From positions 25,699-89,698 of the forward strand of contig WGNE01000019.1 in NCBI GenBank assembly GCA_016124645.1: DNA of 64,000 nt, given 5' to 3'. The notes under the pieces were generated by a model. The model was not told the DNA's origin. It was given only the letters and a program-made list of their open reading frames with translations, and did not search any database. This DNA comes from Alphaproteobacteria bacterium. GTDB lineage: Bacteria > Pseudomonadota > Alphaproteobacteria > Micavibrionales > UBA2020. Below are positions 15,373 to 25,104 of the stretch, piece after piece. Position 1 is the first letter of the stretch. The number at the start of each line of letters is the position of its first letter. The translations under genes and the position numbers were made by a program.

Positions 15373-17559
15373 TTGATCCGGCAGTACGAACTGGTTGAAC
15401 GCATCAAGTCATACGATCCCGAGATGGACGAGGATCTGGTCAACCGCGCCTATGTCTATGCGATGAAGATGCACGGCGCGCAGACCCGCGCCTCGGGCGA
15501 TCCCTATTTCTCCCACCCGCTGGAAGTGGCCGGCATATTGACCGAGATGAAGATGGACACGGCTTCCGTCTGCACCGCGCTGCTTCACGACACGGTCGAG
15601 GACACCGACGCCACGCTCGAGGACATCCGCAAGCACTTCGGCGAGGAAGTTGCGCGGCTGGTCGATGGCGTGACCAAGCTGTCCAAGATCGAGTTCCAGA
15701 GCGCGCAGGAAAAACAGGCGGAAAACTTCCGCAAGCTCGTCCTCGCCATGTCGGAGGACATCCGCGTGCTGCTGGTCAAGCTGTCCGACCGGCTGCACAA
15801 CATGCGCACGCTGCACCATATCCCCAAGCCCGACAAGCAAAGGCGCATCGCGCTCGAGACGCTGGAGATCTACGTGCCGCTCGCCGAGCGCATCGGCATC
15901 CACAAGATCAAGGAGGAGCTGGAGGATTTGTCCTTCTCCGTCCTCAACCCCGAGGCGCGCGAAAGCATCAACACCCGCCTCAACTACCTGCGCGCGGAAG
16001 GCGGGGAGGCGATCGTCGCCCGCATCATCGAGGAACTGAAGAAGAAGCTGCTCGAAGCCGGGCTGGACGCCGACATCTACGGCCGCGAAAAGACCAAATA
16101 TTCCATCTGGAAGAAGATGCAGCGCAAGAACATCTCCTTCGAGCAGCTCTCGGACATCATGGCTTTCCGCATCATGGTGCCCGGCGTGGCGGATTGCTAC
16201 CACGCGCTGGGCGTCATCCACGGGCTCTACCCCACCGTGCCGGGCCGCTTCAAGGACTACATCTCCCTGCCCAAGCCCAACGGCTACCGGTCGCTGCACA
16301 CCACCGTCATCGGCCCCGAAAACCACCGCATCGAGGTGCAGATAAGAACGCCGCAGATGCACGAGGAAGCAGAGCTCGGCGTGGCCGCGCACTGGGCCTA
16401 CAAGCAGGGCGACGGCAAGGAGGCGGGGGCCAAGGGCGGCAAGAAGACGGACGGGCGGCAATACCGCTGGCTGCGCGAGCTGATGGACATCGTCGAGCAC
16501 GCCCAGCGGCCGGAAGAGTTTCTTGAAAACACCAAGCTGGAGCTTTACCAGGACCAGGTTTTCTGCTTCACGCCCAACGGCGACCTCATCTCCCTGCCGC
16601 GCGGGGCGACGCCGGTGGATTTCGCCTATGCCGTGCATTCCGACCTCGGCGACAAGACGGTGGGCGCCAAGATCAACGGGCGCATCGTGCCGCTCAACAC
16701 CCAGCTCGGCAACGGCGACCAGGTCGAGATCACCACCTCGAAAAGCCAGACGCCCAGCCCCAACTGGGAACGCTTCGTCGTCACCGGCAAGGCCAAGGCG
16801 CGCATCCGCCGCTTCGTGCGCATGCAGCAGCGCGAGCAATACATGGACCTCGGCAAGCAGATGCTGCAAAGGGTTTTGCGGCAGGAGGGCCACGAGCTCA
16901 ACGAGCGCAACTTCAACCACGAGATTTTCCGCCAGTTCCGCACCGACAACTACGAGGACATGCTGACCGGCATCGGCTCCGGCCATATCGTCGCGCGCGA
17001 GGTCTTCTACGCTCTGCACCCCGACAGCCGCCCGCGCGAGAACCAGCCCGGCCCGCAGCAGATCGTCGTGCCGGAAAAGAAGACGCACCAGAAGGGCAAG
17101 TCAGCCCCCATGCCCATCAAGGGGCTCATCCCCGGCATGGCGCTGCATTTCGCGCGCTGCTGCCACCCGCTGCCGGGCGACCGCATCGTCGGCATCGTCA
17201 CCACCGGCAAGGGCGTGACCATCCACACCATCGACTGCGACACGCTGGAAAGTTTCGCCGACACGCCGGAACGCTGGCTGGACGTGAGCTGGGACGAGGG
17301 CGAGGACAGCCCGGAATCGCACGTCGGCCGCTTGCTCGTCACCATCTCGAACGAGCCGGGGGCGCTGGGCACGCTCTCCACCGTCATCGGCAAGAACGGC
17401 GGGAACATCAACAACCTGAAGATCATGAACCGCGCGCTCGACTTCTGGGACATGATGATCGACGTCTATGTGCGCGACAGCCGGCACCTCAGCGATATCA
17501 TCGCCGCCTTGAGGGCCACGCCCGAAATCACCTCCGTCAACCGCGCGCGCAGCCGTTGA
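15373..17559 (+). CDS. spoT: Bifunctional (p)ppGpp synthetase/hydrolase (RelA/SpoT homologue)
   Basis: HD domain (HGAQTRASGDPYFSHPLEVA), synthetase domain (YRSLHTTV), and TGS and ACT regions. I prefer the TTG start at 15373 (LIRQYELVERI), with AAGGTGGG upstream. The track ORF starts at 15238. Confidence 0.95.
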   Translation: MIRQYELVERIKSYDPEMDEDLVNRAYVYAMKMHGAQTRASGDPYFSHPLEVAGILTEMKMDTASVCTALLHDTVEDTDATLEDIRKHFGEEVARLVDGVTKLSKIEFQSAQEKQAENFRKLVLAMSEDIRVLLVKLSDRLHNMRTLHHIPKPDKQRRIALETLEIYVPLAERIGIHKIKEELEDLSFSVLNPEARESINTRLNYLRAEGGEAIVARIIEELKKKLLEAGLDADIYGREKTKYSIWKKMQRKNISFEQLSDIMAFRIMVPGVADCYHALGVIHGLYPTVPGRFKDYISLPKPNGYRSLHTTVIGPENHRIEVQIRTPQMHEEAELGVAAHWAYKQGDGKEAGAKGGKKTDGRQYRWLRELMDIVEHAQRPEEFLENTKLELYQDQVFCFTPNGDLISLPRGATPVDFAYAVHSDLGDKTVGAKINGRIVPLNTQLGNGDQVEITTSKSQTPSPNWERFVVTGKAKARIRRFVRMQQREQYMDLGKQMLQRVLRQEGHELNERNFNHEIFRQFRTDNYEDMLTGIGSGHIVAREVFYALHPDSRPRENQPGPQQIVVPEKKTHQKGKSAPMPIKGLIPGMALHFARCCHPLPGDRIVGIVTTGKGVTIHTIDCDTLESFADTPERWLDVSWDEGEDSPESHVGRLLVTISNEPGALGTLSTVIGKNGGNINNLKIMNRALDFWDMMIDVYVRDSRHLSDIIAALRATPEITSVNRARSR

Positions 17560-17591
17560 CGGCCGGGCGCGAAAGGCCGTAGGAAAACGCC

Positions 17592-18281
17592 ATGTTCAAA
17601 AGACGCACGCCAAGGACAAGGGGCGAACGCCTGCGCGAGATGATCTGGCCCTCCATGGGCCTGCGCCGCCTGACGCGCTATTACAAGCACCGCATGGGCC
17701 GCCTGCCGGGCACGCCGCAGTATATCGCCAAGGGCATGGCCATCGGGGCCGCGCTGTCCTTCACGCCCTTCGTCGGGCTGCACATGATTCTGGGCACCTT
17801 CTTTTGCTGGCTGCTGCGCGGCTCGCTGCTGGCCATGCTGCTGGGCACGCTTTTGACCGGCAACATCTGGACGCTGCCCGTCATCTGGATCGGCACCTAC
17901 AAGCTGGGCCACCTCATGCTGGGGCATCTGCACGCCAGCACGGCCTCGGCCATGCGCGCGGGCGTGGTGCCGGAAAAATTCTCGATGGAGCTTCTCATCC
18001 ACAATCCCATGCGGCTTCTGGTGCCCATGACGCTCTCGGGCGTGCCGCTGGCGCTCATCTCGGGCGCGGCCATCTATTACCTCACCTTGCAGATCGTGCG
18101 CCGCTACCAGAAGATCCGCCGCGCGCGCATCGCCCAGCGCCACCATGGCCGCCACAACGCCGACCATCCGCCGCATGAAAAAAGCCGCAAGCCGAAAAAG
18201 CCGCTCAAGAAACTGCCGAAGAAGAAAAAGCGGGTGAGGGCTTCCCACGCGCGCGAAAACTTGCCGGAGGACACGGCATGA
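17592..18281 (+). CDS. DUF2062 domain membrane protein
   Basis: 229 aa: IAKGMAIGAALSFTPFVGLHMILG. It has a basic C-terminal tail. This is the conserved position between spoT and acpS. Confidence 0.7.
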   Translation: MFKRRTPRTRGERLREMIWPSMGLRRLTRYYKHRMGRLPGTPQYIAKGMAIGAALSFTPFVGLHMILGTFFCWLLRGSLLAMLLGTLLTGNIWTLPVIWIGTYKLGHLMLGHLHASTASAMRAGVVPEKFSMELLIHNPMRLLVPMTLSGVPLALISGAAIYYLTLQIVRRYQKIRRARIAQRHHGRHNADHPPHEKSRKPKKPLKKLPKKKKRVRASHARENLPEDTA

Positions 18282-18709
18282 TCCTGGGCATCGGCACGGA
18301 CATGGCCGCCGTCGCGCGCATCGAGGACGTCCTGCAACGCCACGGCGAGCGGTTCCTTGACCGCTGCTTCGCGCCCGAAGAGCGCGCATGGGTGGAAAAG
18401 GCCGCCGCCGGGGACGCGCGCCGCCGCGCGGCGGGTTATGCCAAACGCTGGGCGGCGAAGGAGGCCTGCGCCAAGGCGCTGGGCCACGGCATCCGCGACG
18501 AGATTTTCCTCAAGGATATCGCGGTGATAAACGATTCCATGGGCGCGCCTTCGCTCGCGCTTTCCGGCGGGGCGAAAGAGCGTTTGACCCAAATCACCCC
18601 AAAGGGTATGACTCCCTATATACATATCAGCCTGAGCGACGAGGCAGAAACGGCTCTTGCTTTTGTGGTGATCTCCGCCGGGAGGGGCGCGGCGGAAGAC
18701 CCCGCATGA
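18278..18709 (+). CDS. acpS: Holo-[acyl-carrier-protein] synthase
   Basis: MILGIGTDMAAVARIE... with an ATGA overlap with the upstream gene. Confidence 0.9.
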   Translation: MILGIGTDMAAVARIEDVLQRHGERFLDRCFAPEERAWVEKAAAGDARRRAAGYAKRWAAKEACAKALGHGIRDEIFLKDIAVINDSMGAPSLALSGGAKERLTQITPKGMTPYIHISLSDEAETALAFVVISAGRGAAEDPA

Positions 18710-18743
18710 CGAATTTCGCAGATTTTAAGGACACCGTGACAGC

Positions 18744-19640
18744 ATGACGCAGGAAAAGACCATGATGGATTCCGCCGAAGGGGAAGAAAGCAAAGAGAAA
18801 CAGGACAACCAGCCTCTCAGCCCAGAAGAGGAAGCGAAGAAAAAAGAGGCCGTGGAGGCCAAGCGCGAGCAGGACGATTTCACCGAGCTGGTCAAGGCGA
18901 TGCTCTTCGCCGCCGTCATCGCGCTCTTCATCCGCTCCTTCCTTTTCGAGCCCTTCAACATCCCCTCCGGCTCCATGTTCCCGACGCTGCTGGTCGGCGA
19001 CTATCTTTTCGTCGAAAAATACGCCTACGGCTACAGCAAGTATTCCTTCCCCTTCGGCCTGCTCAGCTTCGAGGGGCGCGTGATGGACGACAAGGTCACC
19101 CGCGGCGACGTCGTGGTCTTCCGCCAGCCCAAGCGGCCGGACATCGACTACATCAAGCGCATCGTCGGCCTGCCGGGCGACACGATACAGGTGACCGAGG
19201 GGCGGCTTTACATCAACGGCAAGATCGTGCCGCGCGACCTCGTCGGCACGGAGGTCTATGACGACGAGGGCCGCCCGACCACCTACCACAAGTACATCGA
19301 AACCCTGCCGAACGGCGTGAAGCACGACATCTACGAGATTTCCGACCACGAGGCGCTGGACAACACGCAGGTCTATAAGGTGCCCAAGGGCTATTACTTC
19401 GCCATGGGCGACAACCGCGACAGCTCGCTCGACAGCCGCGTGCAGTCGGACGTCGGCTACGTGCCCGAGGAAAACCTCATCGGTCGCGCGGTCATCATCT
19501 TCTTCTCGACCAAGGGCATCGGCGACAAATGCGAGCGCGACGGCTTCCTCTCTTCCGTGCGCCGCGTCGGCTGCGATGTCTATGAGGGCGTGAAGCAGGT
19601 TCGCTACAGCCGGATGTTCAAGCGTGTCGCAGGCTACTGA
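18744..19640 (+). CDS. lepB: Signal peptidase I
   Basis: IPSGSMFPTLLVGDYLFV, KRIVGLPGD, GDNRDSSLDSR. Confidence 0.9.
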   Translation: MTQEKTMMDSAEGEESKEKQDNQPLSPEEEAKKKEAVEAKREQDDFTELVKAMLFAAVIALFIRSFLFEPFNIPSGSMFPTLLVGDYLFVEKYAYGYSKYSFPFGLLSFEGRVMDDKVTRGDVVVFRQPKRPDIDYIKRIVGLPGDTIQVTEGRLYINGKIVPRDLVGTEVYDDEGRPTTYHKYIETLPNGVKHDIYEISDHEALDNTQVYKVPKGYYFAMGDNRDSSLDSRVQSDVGYVPEENLIGRAVIIFFSTKGIGDKCERDGFLSSVRRVGCDVYEGVKQVRYSRMFKRVAGY

Positions 19641-20310
19641 CCCATACGCCGTACTGGAAAAAGCCCTCGGCCACCGGTTTTCCGACCGGGGGCTGCTGGA
19701 AACCGCGCTGACCCACGCCAGCCTGCGCAAGAAGAAATACAACAACGAGCGGCTGGAGTTTCTGGGCGACCGGGTGCTCGGCCTCGTCGTCGCGGAAATG
19801 CTCTACAGCCTCTTCCCCGATGAAAAGGAAGGCGCGCTGGCGAAAAGGCTGACCGCGCTGGTGCAGCGAAACGCGCTGGTCGTGGTGGCGAAGGATTTAT
19901 CGCTGGCCGACTACATGAAGCTTTCCGCGGGCGAGCAAAAGGCGGGCGGGCTGCGCAAGGACACGATTCTGGCGGACGCGGTCGAGGCGCTGATCGGCGC
20001 CGTCCACCTCGACGCGGGCTTCAAGGCGGCGGAAAAATTCGTGCGCGCGCGCTGGGAAAAACTGCTGGAGCGGCAGGACGCGCCGCCCGAAGACCCCAAG
20101 ACCCTGCTGCAGGAATGGGCGCAGCAGCGCGGGCTGCCGCTGCCGGTCTATAAGGTGGTGTCGAAGTCCGGCTCCGACCATAGCCCGGAATTCGAGGTCG
20201 AGCTTTCCGTCGAGGGCATGGGCCGCACGCAGGCCAAGGCCGCCAACAAGCGCGGCGCGGAAAAGGAAGCGGCGAAGAAAATGCTGAAGAAAATAGGGGG
20301 CGCTGCGTGA
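19624..20310 (+). CDS. rnc: Ribonuclease III
   Basis: GTG start. LLETALTHAS, NERLEFLGDRVLGL, and a C-terminal dsRBD. Confidence 0.92.
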   Translation: MSQATDPYAVLEKALGHRFSDRGLLETALTHASLRKKKYNNERLEFLGDRVLGLVVAEMLYSLFPDEKEGALAKRLTALVQRNALVVVAKDLSLADYMKLSAGEQKAGGLRKDTILADAVEALIGAVHLDAGFKAAEKFVRARWEKLLERQDAPPEDPKTLLQEWAQQRGLPLPVYKVVSKSGSDHSPEFEVELSVEGMGRTQAKAANKRGAEKEAAKKMLKKIGGAA

Positions 20311-21227
20311 CGGAAAAAGAAACAGGGACCGAGACAACGCGCTGCGGCTTCGTCGGCGTCATCGGCGCGCCCAACGCGGGAAAATCGACGCTGGTCAACC
20401 GTCTCGTCGGCGCCAAGGTCTCCATCGTCAGCCCCAAGGTGCAGACCACGCGCACCCGCGTCATGGGCATCGTCAACCGGGGCGCGTCGCAGATCGTCTT
20501 CGTCGATACGCCCGGCATCTTCGCGCCCAAGCGCCGCCTTGAAAAGGCGATGGTCGCCGCCGCATGGCAGGGGGCGCGGGACGCGGAGGCGGTCTTGCTC
20601 ATCATGGACGTCTCGCGCGGGAAGCTGAACGCGGAAACAGCGGCCATCATCGAGAAGCTGAAAAAGACCGAACGCAAGGCGATCGGCGTGATGAACAAGA
20701 TCGACCTCGTGAAAAAGGAAAAGCTGCTGGAAATGGCCGCCGCGCTGGACGCGGAAGGCGTCTTCACGCAGATCTACATGATCTCCGCCCTCACCGGCGA
20801 CGGGGTGGAACGGCTGATGGACGACCTCGCCCCGCGCATGCCCGAAGGGCCGTGGATGTTCGGCGACGAGCAAATCTCGGACATGCCGCTGCGCCTGCTG
20901 GCGGCGGAAATCACGCGCGAGAAAATCTTCATGCAGCTGGGCGACGAGCTGCCCTATTCTTCCACCGTCGAGACCGAAAGCTGGGAGGAATTCGACAACG
21001 GCAGCGTGAAAATCTCCCAGACCGTCTATGTCATGCGCGACACGCAAAAGGCCATCGTGCTGGGCAAGGGCGGGGCGCGCATCAAGAAGATCGGCGCGGC
21101 CGCAAGGCTGGAGCTGGAGGAAATTCTGGGCCGGCGCGTGCATCTCTCGCTCTTCGTCAAGGTGCGCGAAAAATGGGTGGACGACCCCGCGCGCTACAGC
21201 ACCTGGGGGCTGGATTTCAACGCCTGA
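20307..21227 (+). CDS. era: GTPase Era
   Basis: GTGA overlap with rnc. G1 GAPNAGKST, G3 DTPG, NKID, and a KH domain. Confidence 0.95.
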   Translation: MTEKETGTETTRCGFVGVIGAPNAGKSTLVNRLVGAKVSIVSPKVQTTRTRVMGIVNRGASQIVFVDTPGIFAPKRRLEKAMVAAAWQGARDAEAVLLIMDVSRGKLNAETAAIIEKLKKTERKAIGVMNKIDLVKKEKLLEMAAALDAEGVFTQIYMISALTGDGVERLMDDLAPRMPEGPWMFGDEQISDMPLRLLAAEITREKIFMQLGDELPYSSTVETESWEEFDNGSVKISQTVYVMRDTQKAIVLGKGGARIKKIGAAARLELEEILGRRVHLSLFVKVREKWVDDPARYSTWGLDFNA

Positions 21228-21294
21228 AACGGGGCGTAAACCCGCATTTATAGACTGTCTTTCAATATCAAGCGGTTAGAGCCTTCGGTCTTGG

Positions 21295-21323
21295 TTGACA
21301 AGTCGCGTCGCGGTCGTTATTGT
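21295..21323 (+). promoter_or_regulatory. Candidate sigma70-type promoter for the ankyrin gene
   Basis: TTGACA, a 17-nt spacer, then TATTGT, about 45 nt upstream of ATG 21368. Confidence 0.3.
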
Positions 21324-21367
21324 CATAACCCGACCCGTAACCAGCAAGGCGCAGGCGCGACACCTCC

Positions 21368-22135
21368 ATGCTCAAAAAGATATTCAGCAAAGTCAGCGGC
21401 AGGCCGGAGCAGCAGCTCTGGAACGACGCGCTGCGCGCCGCCGCCATCAAGGGCGACCTGAAAAAGGCCCAAAAAGCCATCGCCAAGGGGGCGGAGATCG
21501 ACTGGAAGGACGTCAACGGCCTGACCCCGTTATACTTCGCCGCCACCAACGGGCATCTTGCCGTGGCCAAGCTGCTGCTCGAAAAAGGCGCGGCGGTCGA
21601 TACCGGCAAGCCGTGCGAGAACACCGGCACGGGGCTCACGCAGGCCGCCTATAACGGCGACGCGGAAATGCTGAAGCTGCTCATCGAACACAAGGCGGAT
21701 ATCAATGCGGGGTCTTACACCCGCTGCGCCATCCATGACGCGGTCTGGCGGAACAACGCCGAAGCCGTGGAGGTGCTGGCCGAAGCGGGCGCGAAGCTGG
21801 AAACGCGCGACCGCATGGGCCACACGCCGCTGATGGACGCGGTCGCCTTCAATTACCGCGAGGTCGCCCTTATCCTCGTGCGCCACGGGGCGGATGCTTC
21901 CGTGACCGACAAATACGGCGACGACATGCGCAAGGCCATGGTGCGCAAGGTCTGGCTGGACGTGGTCGAGGCCATCGATACGTACAAGGCCGAGGCCGCC
22001 GCGCGCGAGGCCGCCCGCCTCAAGGCAGAAGAGCAGGCCGCCGCCGCGCGCGAAAAGGCGCTGGACGAAGCGGCCACCCTGCAGCGCGACGTGAAGGTCA
22101 GCCGCCCGCTGGTGGTGAAACGCCGCCAGCCGTAA
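21368..22135 (+). CDS. Ankyrin-repeat protein
   Basis: 255 aa with several ANK units (NGLTPLYFAATNGHLAVAKLLLEKGAAVD; GHTPLMDAVAFNYREVALILVRHGAD) and a C-terminal Ala/Glu-rich helix. Confidence 0.8.
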   Translation: MLKKIFSKVSGRPEQQLWNDALRAAAIKGDLKKAQKAIAKGAEIDWKDVNGLTPLYFAATNGHLAVAKLLLEKGAAVDTGKPCENTGTGLTQAAYNGDAEMLKLLIEHKADINAGSYTRCAIHDAVWRNNAEAVEVLAEAGAKLETRDRMGHTPLMDAVAFNYREVALILVRHGADASVTDKYGDDMRKAMVRKVWLDVVEAIDTYKAEAAAREAARLKAEEQAAAAREKALDEAATLQRDVKVSRPLVVKRRQP

Positions 22136-22276
22136 CGCCCCTTTGCGCGTTTTCCCCCGCGCGCTGCCGAAAATCCCCGAAAACTTTGCGTTTATCCTGC
22201 TTTTTTTCGCGCGAATCGGTGATATATTCCATGGGACAGGAACGCGCGAAACATTATGTAATACAGGGATTTCTCG

Positions 22277-22903
22277 ATGAGCTGGACAGACGAACGCATC
22301 GCCGTACTCAAGAAGATGTGGAAAGAAGGCAAGAGCGCCGCCGAAATCGCCAAGACGCTCGGCAAGGGCGTGACGCGCAACGCCGTCATCGGCAAGGCGC
22401 ACCGCATGGGCCTGTCGGGCCGCCCGTCGCCCATCAAGAAGCCCGCCGCTTCCAAGAAGGAGCCGGCCAAGAAAAAAGCCGCGCCCAAGGCCGCGACCGC
22501 CAAGAAGTCTTCCGCGCCCGCCGCCGCGCCCGCGCGCGAAAAGGCCAGCCCCGCCGTCGCCAAGGAAGCGGAAGAGCTGAAGAAGATCGAGAAGGAAGTC
22601 GTGCCCGTCGGCGGCGGCGTTTCCCTGCTGGAGCTGACCGAGCGCATGTGCAAATGGCCCATCGGCGACCCGCGCGAGGCGGATTTCACCTTCTGCGGCC
22701 TCGCCATCCGTCCCGGCACGCCCTATTGCCCGGAGCACGCGGCCATGGCCTACCAGTCCTCCAGCCGCTCGCGCACCGCGGCCGCCAACCAGGACAAGAA
22801 CAAGAAAGCCGTGGAAGCGGAAGACGAGGATGATGTCGATGTCGATGTTGATGACGTCGATGATGTCGATGACGATGATGATGATGCCGTCAGCGCGGGC
22901 TGA
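22277..22903 (+). CDS. gcrA: Cell-cycle transcriptional regulator GcrA, with a poly-Asp/Val tail
   Basis: MSWTDERIAVLKKMWKEGKSAAEIAKTLGKGVTRNAVIGKAHRMGLSGR ... CKWPIGDP ... FCG. The tail is EDEDDVDVDVDDVDDVDDDDDDAVSAG. Confidence 0.9.
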   Translation: MSWTDERIAVLKKMWKEGKSAAEIAKTLGKGVTRNAVIGKAHRMGLSGRPSPIKKPAASKKEPAKKKAAPKAATAKKSSAPAAAPAREKASPAVAKEAEELKKIEKEVVPVGGGVSLLELTERMCKWPIGDPREADFTFCGLAIRPGTPYCPEHAAMAYQSSSRSRTAAANQDKNKKAVEAEDEDDVDVDVDDVDDVDDDDDDAVSAG

Positions 22904-23017
22904 GCCTCCCGGCCCGTCTTCGTGAATTGCCCCGTTTTCAGTGATTTAGCCCGCCGTTCGCAGGGGATTTGGCGGGCTTCAAGGCTATTTTAACGCTTTT
23001 CGGGTATTATTCTGGGA

Positions 23018-23803
23018 ATGGACGACGAGCAGGAGGACGAGCCTTTCATGACGCAGCCGCCGGCAACGGATGCCTTCGCGCAAACGCAGCAGCCCAGCCC
23101 GATCGCGCTGGAAGCGCAGCAGCAGTTTTCCGCCCATATCGCGCAGACGGGGCTGGAAGGCTATCTGGAGGTGCTGGGCGCGCATGTCGCCGCCTGGCAC
23201 AAGACCACGCTCTCGCTGGCCGCCGCGGCGGACGACAAGGCCGTGAACTTCCTGCAGGGCACGGCGGAAGAATACCTGACGGAGGATATTCGCGCGCGGC
23301 TGGACGAGGTCCGTCTGGGCGGGACGTCGCGGGACATCGCCGCGGCCTATCATGACATGCGGCCCGACGTGCCCCTGTCCGACAAATCCGCGACCGTCGT
23401 CGCCGGCATGAACGTCTGGAGCCCGAAGAAGCAGGAGGCGGGACAGCTTTTCGTCTTGGCGCAGCAATTGCCGCAGGAACAAAGGGAGCAGGCCTTCGAG
23501 GCGCTGCGGACCTCCGCCGCGCTGGTGACGCAGGAAATGGGCGCGATGCAGGCGGTCGAGAACGAGCTTTTGCTGCTGAGCCGCGGCAACGGCAATGTGC
23601 CGGATATCGAAATCAGCAAGCTGGCGCGCAACGTCGAATATCACGCGAGCGTGCGCGACGACTGGAAGGTGCTGGCCGCGCAGGCGGAAAAGACGATGCA
23701 TGTCTCCCCCGCGCCCGACGCCGCCGCAACCGCCGCGCCGGGCGGGACGCAAAAACCCGCAGCCAAAACCACGGTCAATCCCTCATCCCCCGGTCTCGGT
23801 TGA
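23018..23803 (+). CDS. Hypothetical protein (no family recognised)
   Basis: 261-aa ORF whose amino-acid composition looks like a real protein (not the Arg/Gly/Ala-rich shadow type). No motif recognised. The start could be M11. Confidence 0.5.
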   Translation: MDDEQEDEPFMTQPPATDAFAQTQQPSPIALEAQQQFSAHIAQTGLEGYLEVLGAHVAAWHKTTLSLAAAADDKAVNFLQGTAEEYLTEDIRARLDEVRLGGTSRDIAAAYHDMRPDVPLSDKSATVVAGMNVWSPKKQEAGQLFVLAQQLPQEQREQAFEALRTSAALVTQEMGAMQAVENELLLLSRGNGNVPDIEISKLARNVEYHASVRDDWKVLAAQAEKTMHVSPAPDAAATAAPGGTQKPAAKTTVNPSSPGLG

Positions 23804-23815
23804 GGTTCTTTCCTG

Positions 23816-25015
23816 TTATTTTTCCGGTGAATCCTTCGCGTCCGCGCGCTTGAGCTTGTAGCGCGGGATGGCGGCAAGGTAGGGCGCGGCCGTATGTTCG
23901 GCGAGCGCCTTGCGGCTCGGCGGCAGCGTGTCGCCCAGCGCTTCCCGCCGTCCTTCATAACGCGGGTCGATATAGGCGGCGATCGTGTACCAGAAATAGG
24001 CGTCGAAGGGGCTTTTGGCGTCGCCCAGCCCGCGTTCGAACAGCTTGGCCAGCAGGGCCGCCGCGGGCGCGCTGTCGCCCGACAAGCCCGCGGGCGCGAG
24101 CAGCCGGTGGGCCTTGCTGTAGTCTTGCGGCACGTTCCTGCCCTCGATATAGGCCTTGGCAAGGGCGAATTGCGCTTCGTGCTGGTTGGCGTCCGCCGCT
24201 TGCTCCCAGTATTCGACGGCTTTCTTTCCGTCCTGCTTCAGCCCGCCGCGCCCTGCGTCGTAATAAAGGCCGAGGCGGTAGAGCGCGTCGCCGTCGCCCG
24301 CGCGCGCCGCCCGGTCGTACCAGCTGGCGGCGAGGCTTTCGTTCGCCGTCACGCCTTCGCCCTTTTCGAACATGCCGCCGACGGCGGTATCGGCCGGCAC
24401 GAAGCCGAGGGTGGAAGCCGTCTGGTAATCCTTCATCGCCTCCGCCGCGTCGGGCGCGGTGCCCAGCCCCTGTTCATAGCAGCGGCCGAGGTGGTAAAGC
24501 GCGAGCCGGTCGCCCTTTTTCGCCGCGGCCTGGTAAAGCGCGAAGGCGGTGTCGAGGTCGCGCGCCAGCACGGTGCCGTTCTCGTACATCGTGCCCAGCA
24601 CGGCCTGCGACATGGGCTCGCCCGCTTTCGCGGCCCTTTTCAGCCAGCGGGCCGATTCCCTGAAATCCTTCCTCACGCCAAGGCCGATGGCGTAGATGAA
24701 GCCGAGCTCTCGGTCGGCCATGAAGAACCCCTGCGCGGAGGCCTTCTTGTACCATTTGATCGCCTCGCCCATATTCGGCTGCGTGCCCGCGCCGGTCTTG
24801 TAGTCGCTGGCGAGGTTGTATTGCGCCTCGGGGTCGCCGTCCTTCGCGGCTTTTTCGTCGAGCCTGAACATCTCGTCCCGCTGCCGGCCAAGAAGGGCGA
24901 TTTTGTGCCGGCAGGAATACGCCTGCTCGTCGCAGCCGTAGATATTCGCGCGCGCGCCCGTGGCGGCGCCGCACAGCAGCATGATGACGGATAAAGACAA
25001 AAACGCGCGCCGCAT
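23816..25015 (-). CDS. Secreted Sel1-repeat (SLR) protein
   Basis: Start at MRRAFLSLSVIMLLCGAATGARA (ATG 25015, AGAGGGGA upstream). Multiple Sel1 units are present, e.g. GDPEAQYNLASDYKTGAGTQPNMGEAIKWYKKASAQG and GEPMSQAVLGTMYENG. Confidence 0.8.
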   Translation of the reverse strand: MRRAFLSLSVIMLLCGAATGARANIYGCDEQAYSCRHKIALLGRQRDEMFRLDEKAAKDGDPEAQYNLASDYKTGAGTQPNMGEAIKWYKKASAQGFFMADRELGFIYAIGLGVRKDFRESARWLKRAAKAGEPMSQAVLGTMYENGTVLARDLDTAFALYQAAAKKGDRLALYHLGRCYEQGLGTAPDAAEAMKDYQTASTLGFVPADTAVGGMFEKGEGVTANESLAASWYDRAARAGDGDALYRLGLYYDAGRGGLKQDGKKAVEYWEQAADANQHEAQFALAKAYIEGRNVPQDYSKAHRLLAPAGLSGDSAPAAALLAKLFERGLGDAKSPFDAYFWYTIAAYIDPRYEGRREALGDTLPPSRKALAEHTAAPYLAAIPRYKLKRADAKDSPEK

Positions 25016-25104
25016 GGCAATTCCCCTCTCTGCTTCAAGGCTAGGGGCGGGGGGCGCGGCTGTCAATCTTGGAAAGCCCCGGTGTTGAAAGCCCCGGCCG
25101 GACC

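Noticed and set aside
22192-22217. DnaA-box-like TTATCCTGC and a GANTC (GAATC) site upstream of gcrA
   Set aside because: Only 6 of 9 positions match the DnaA box. A single GANTC site is expected by chance.
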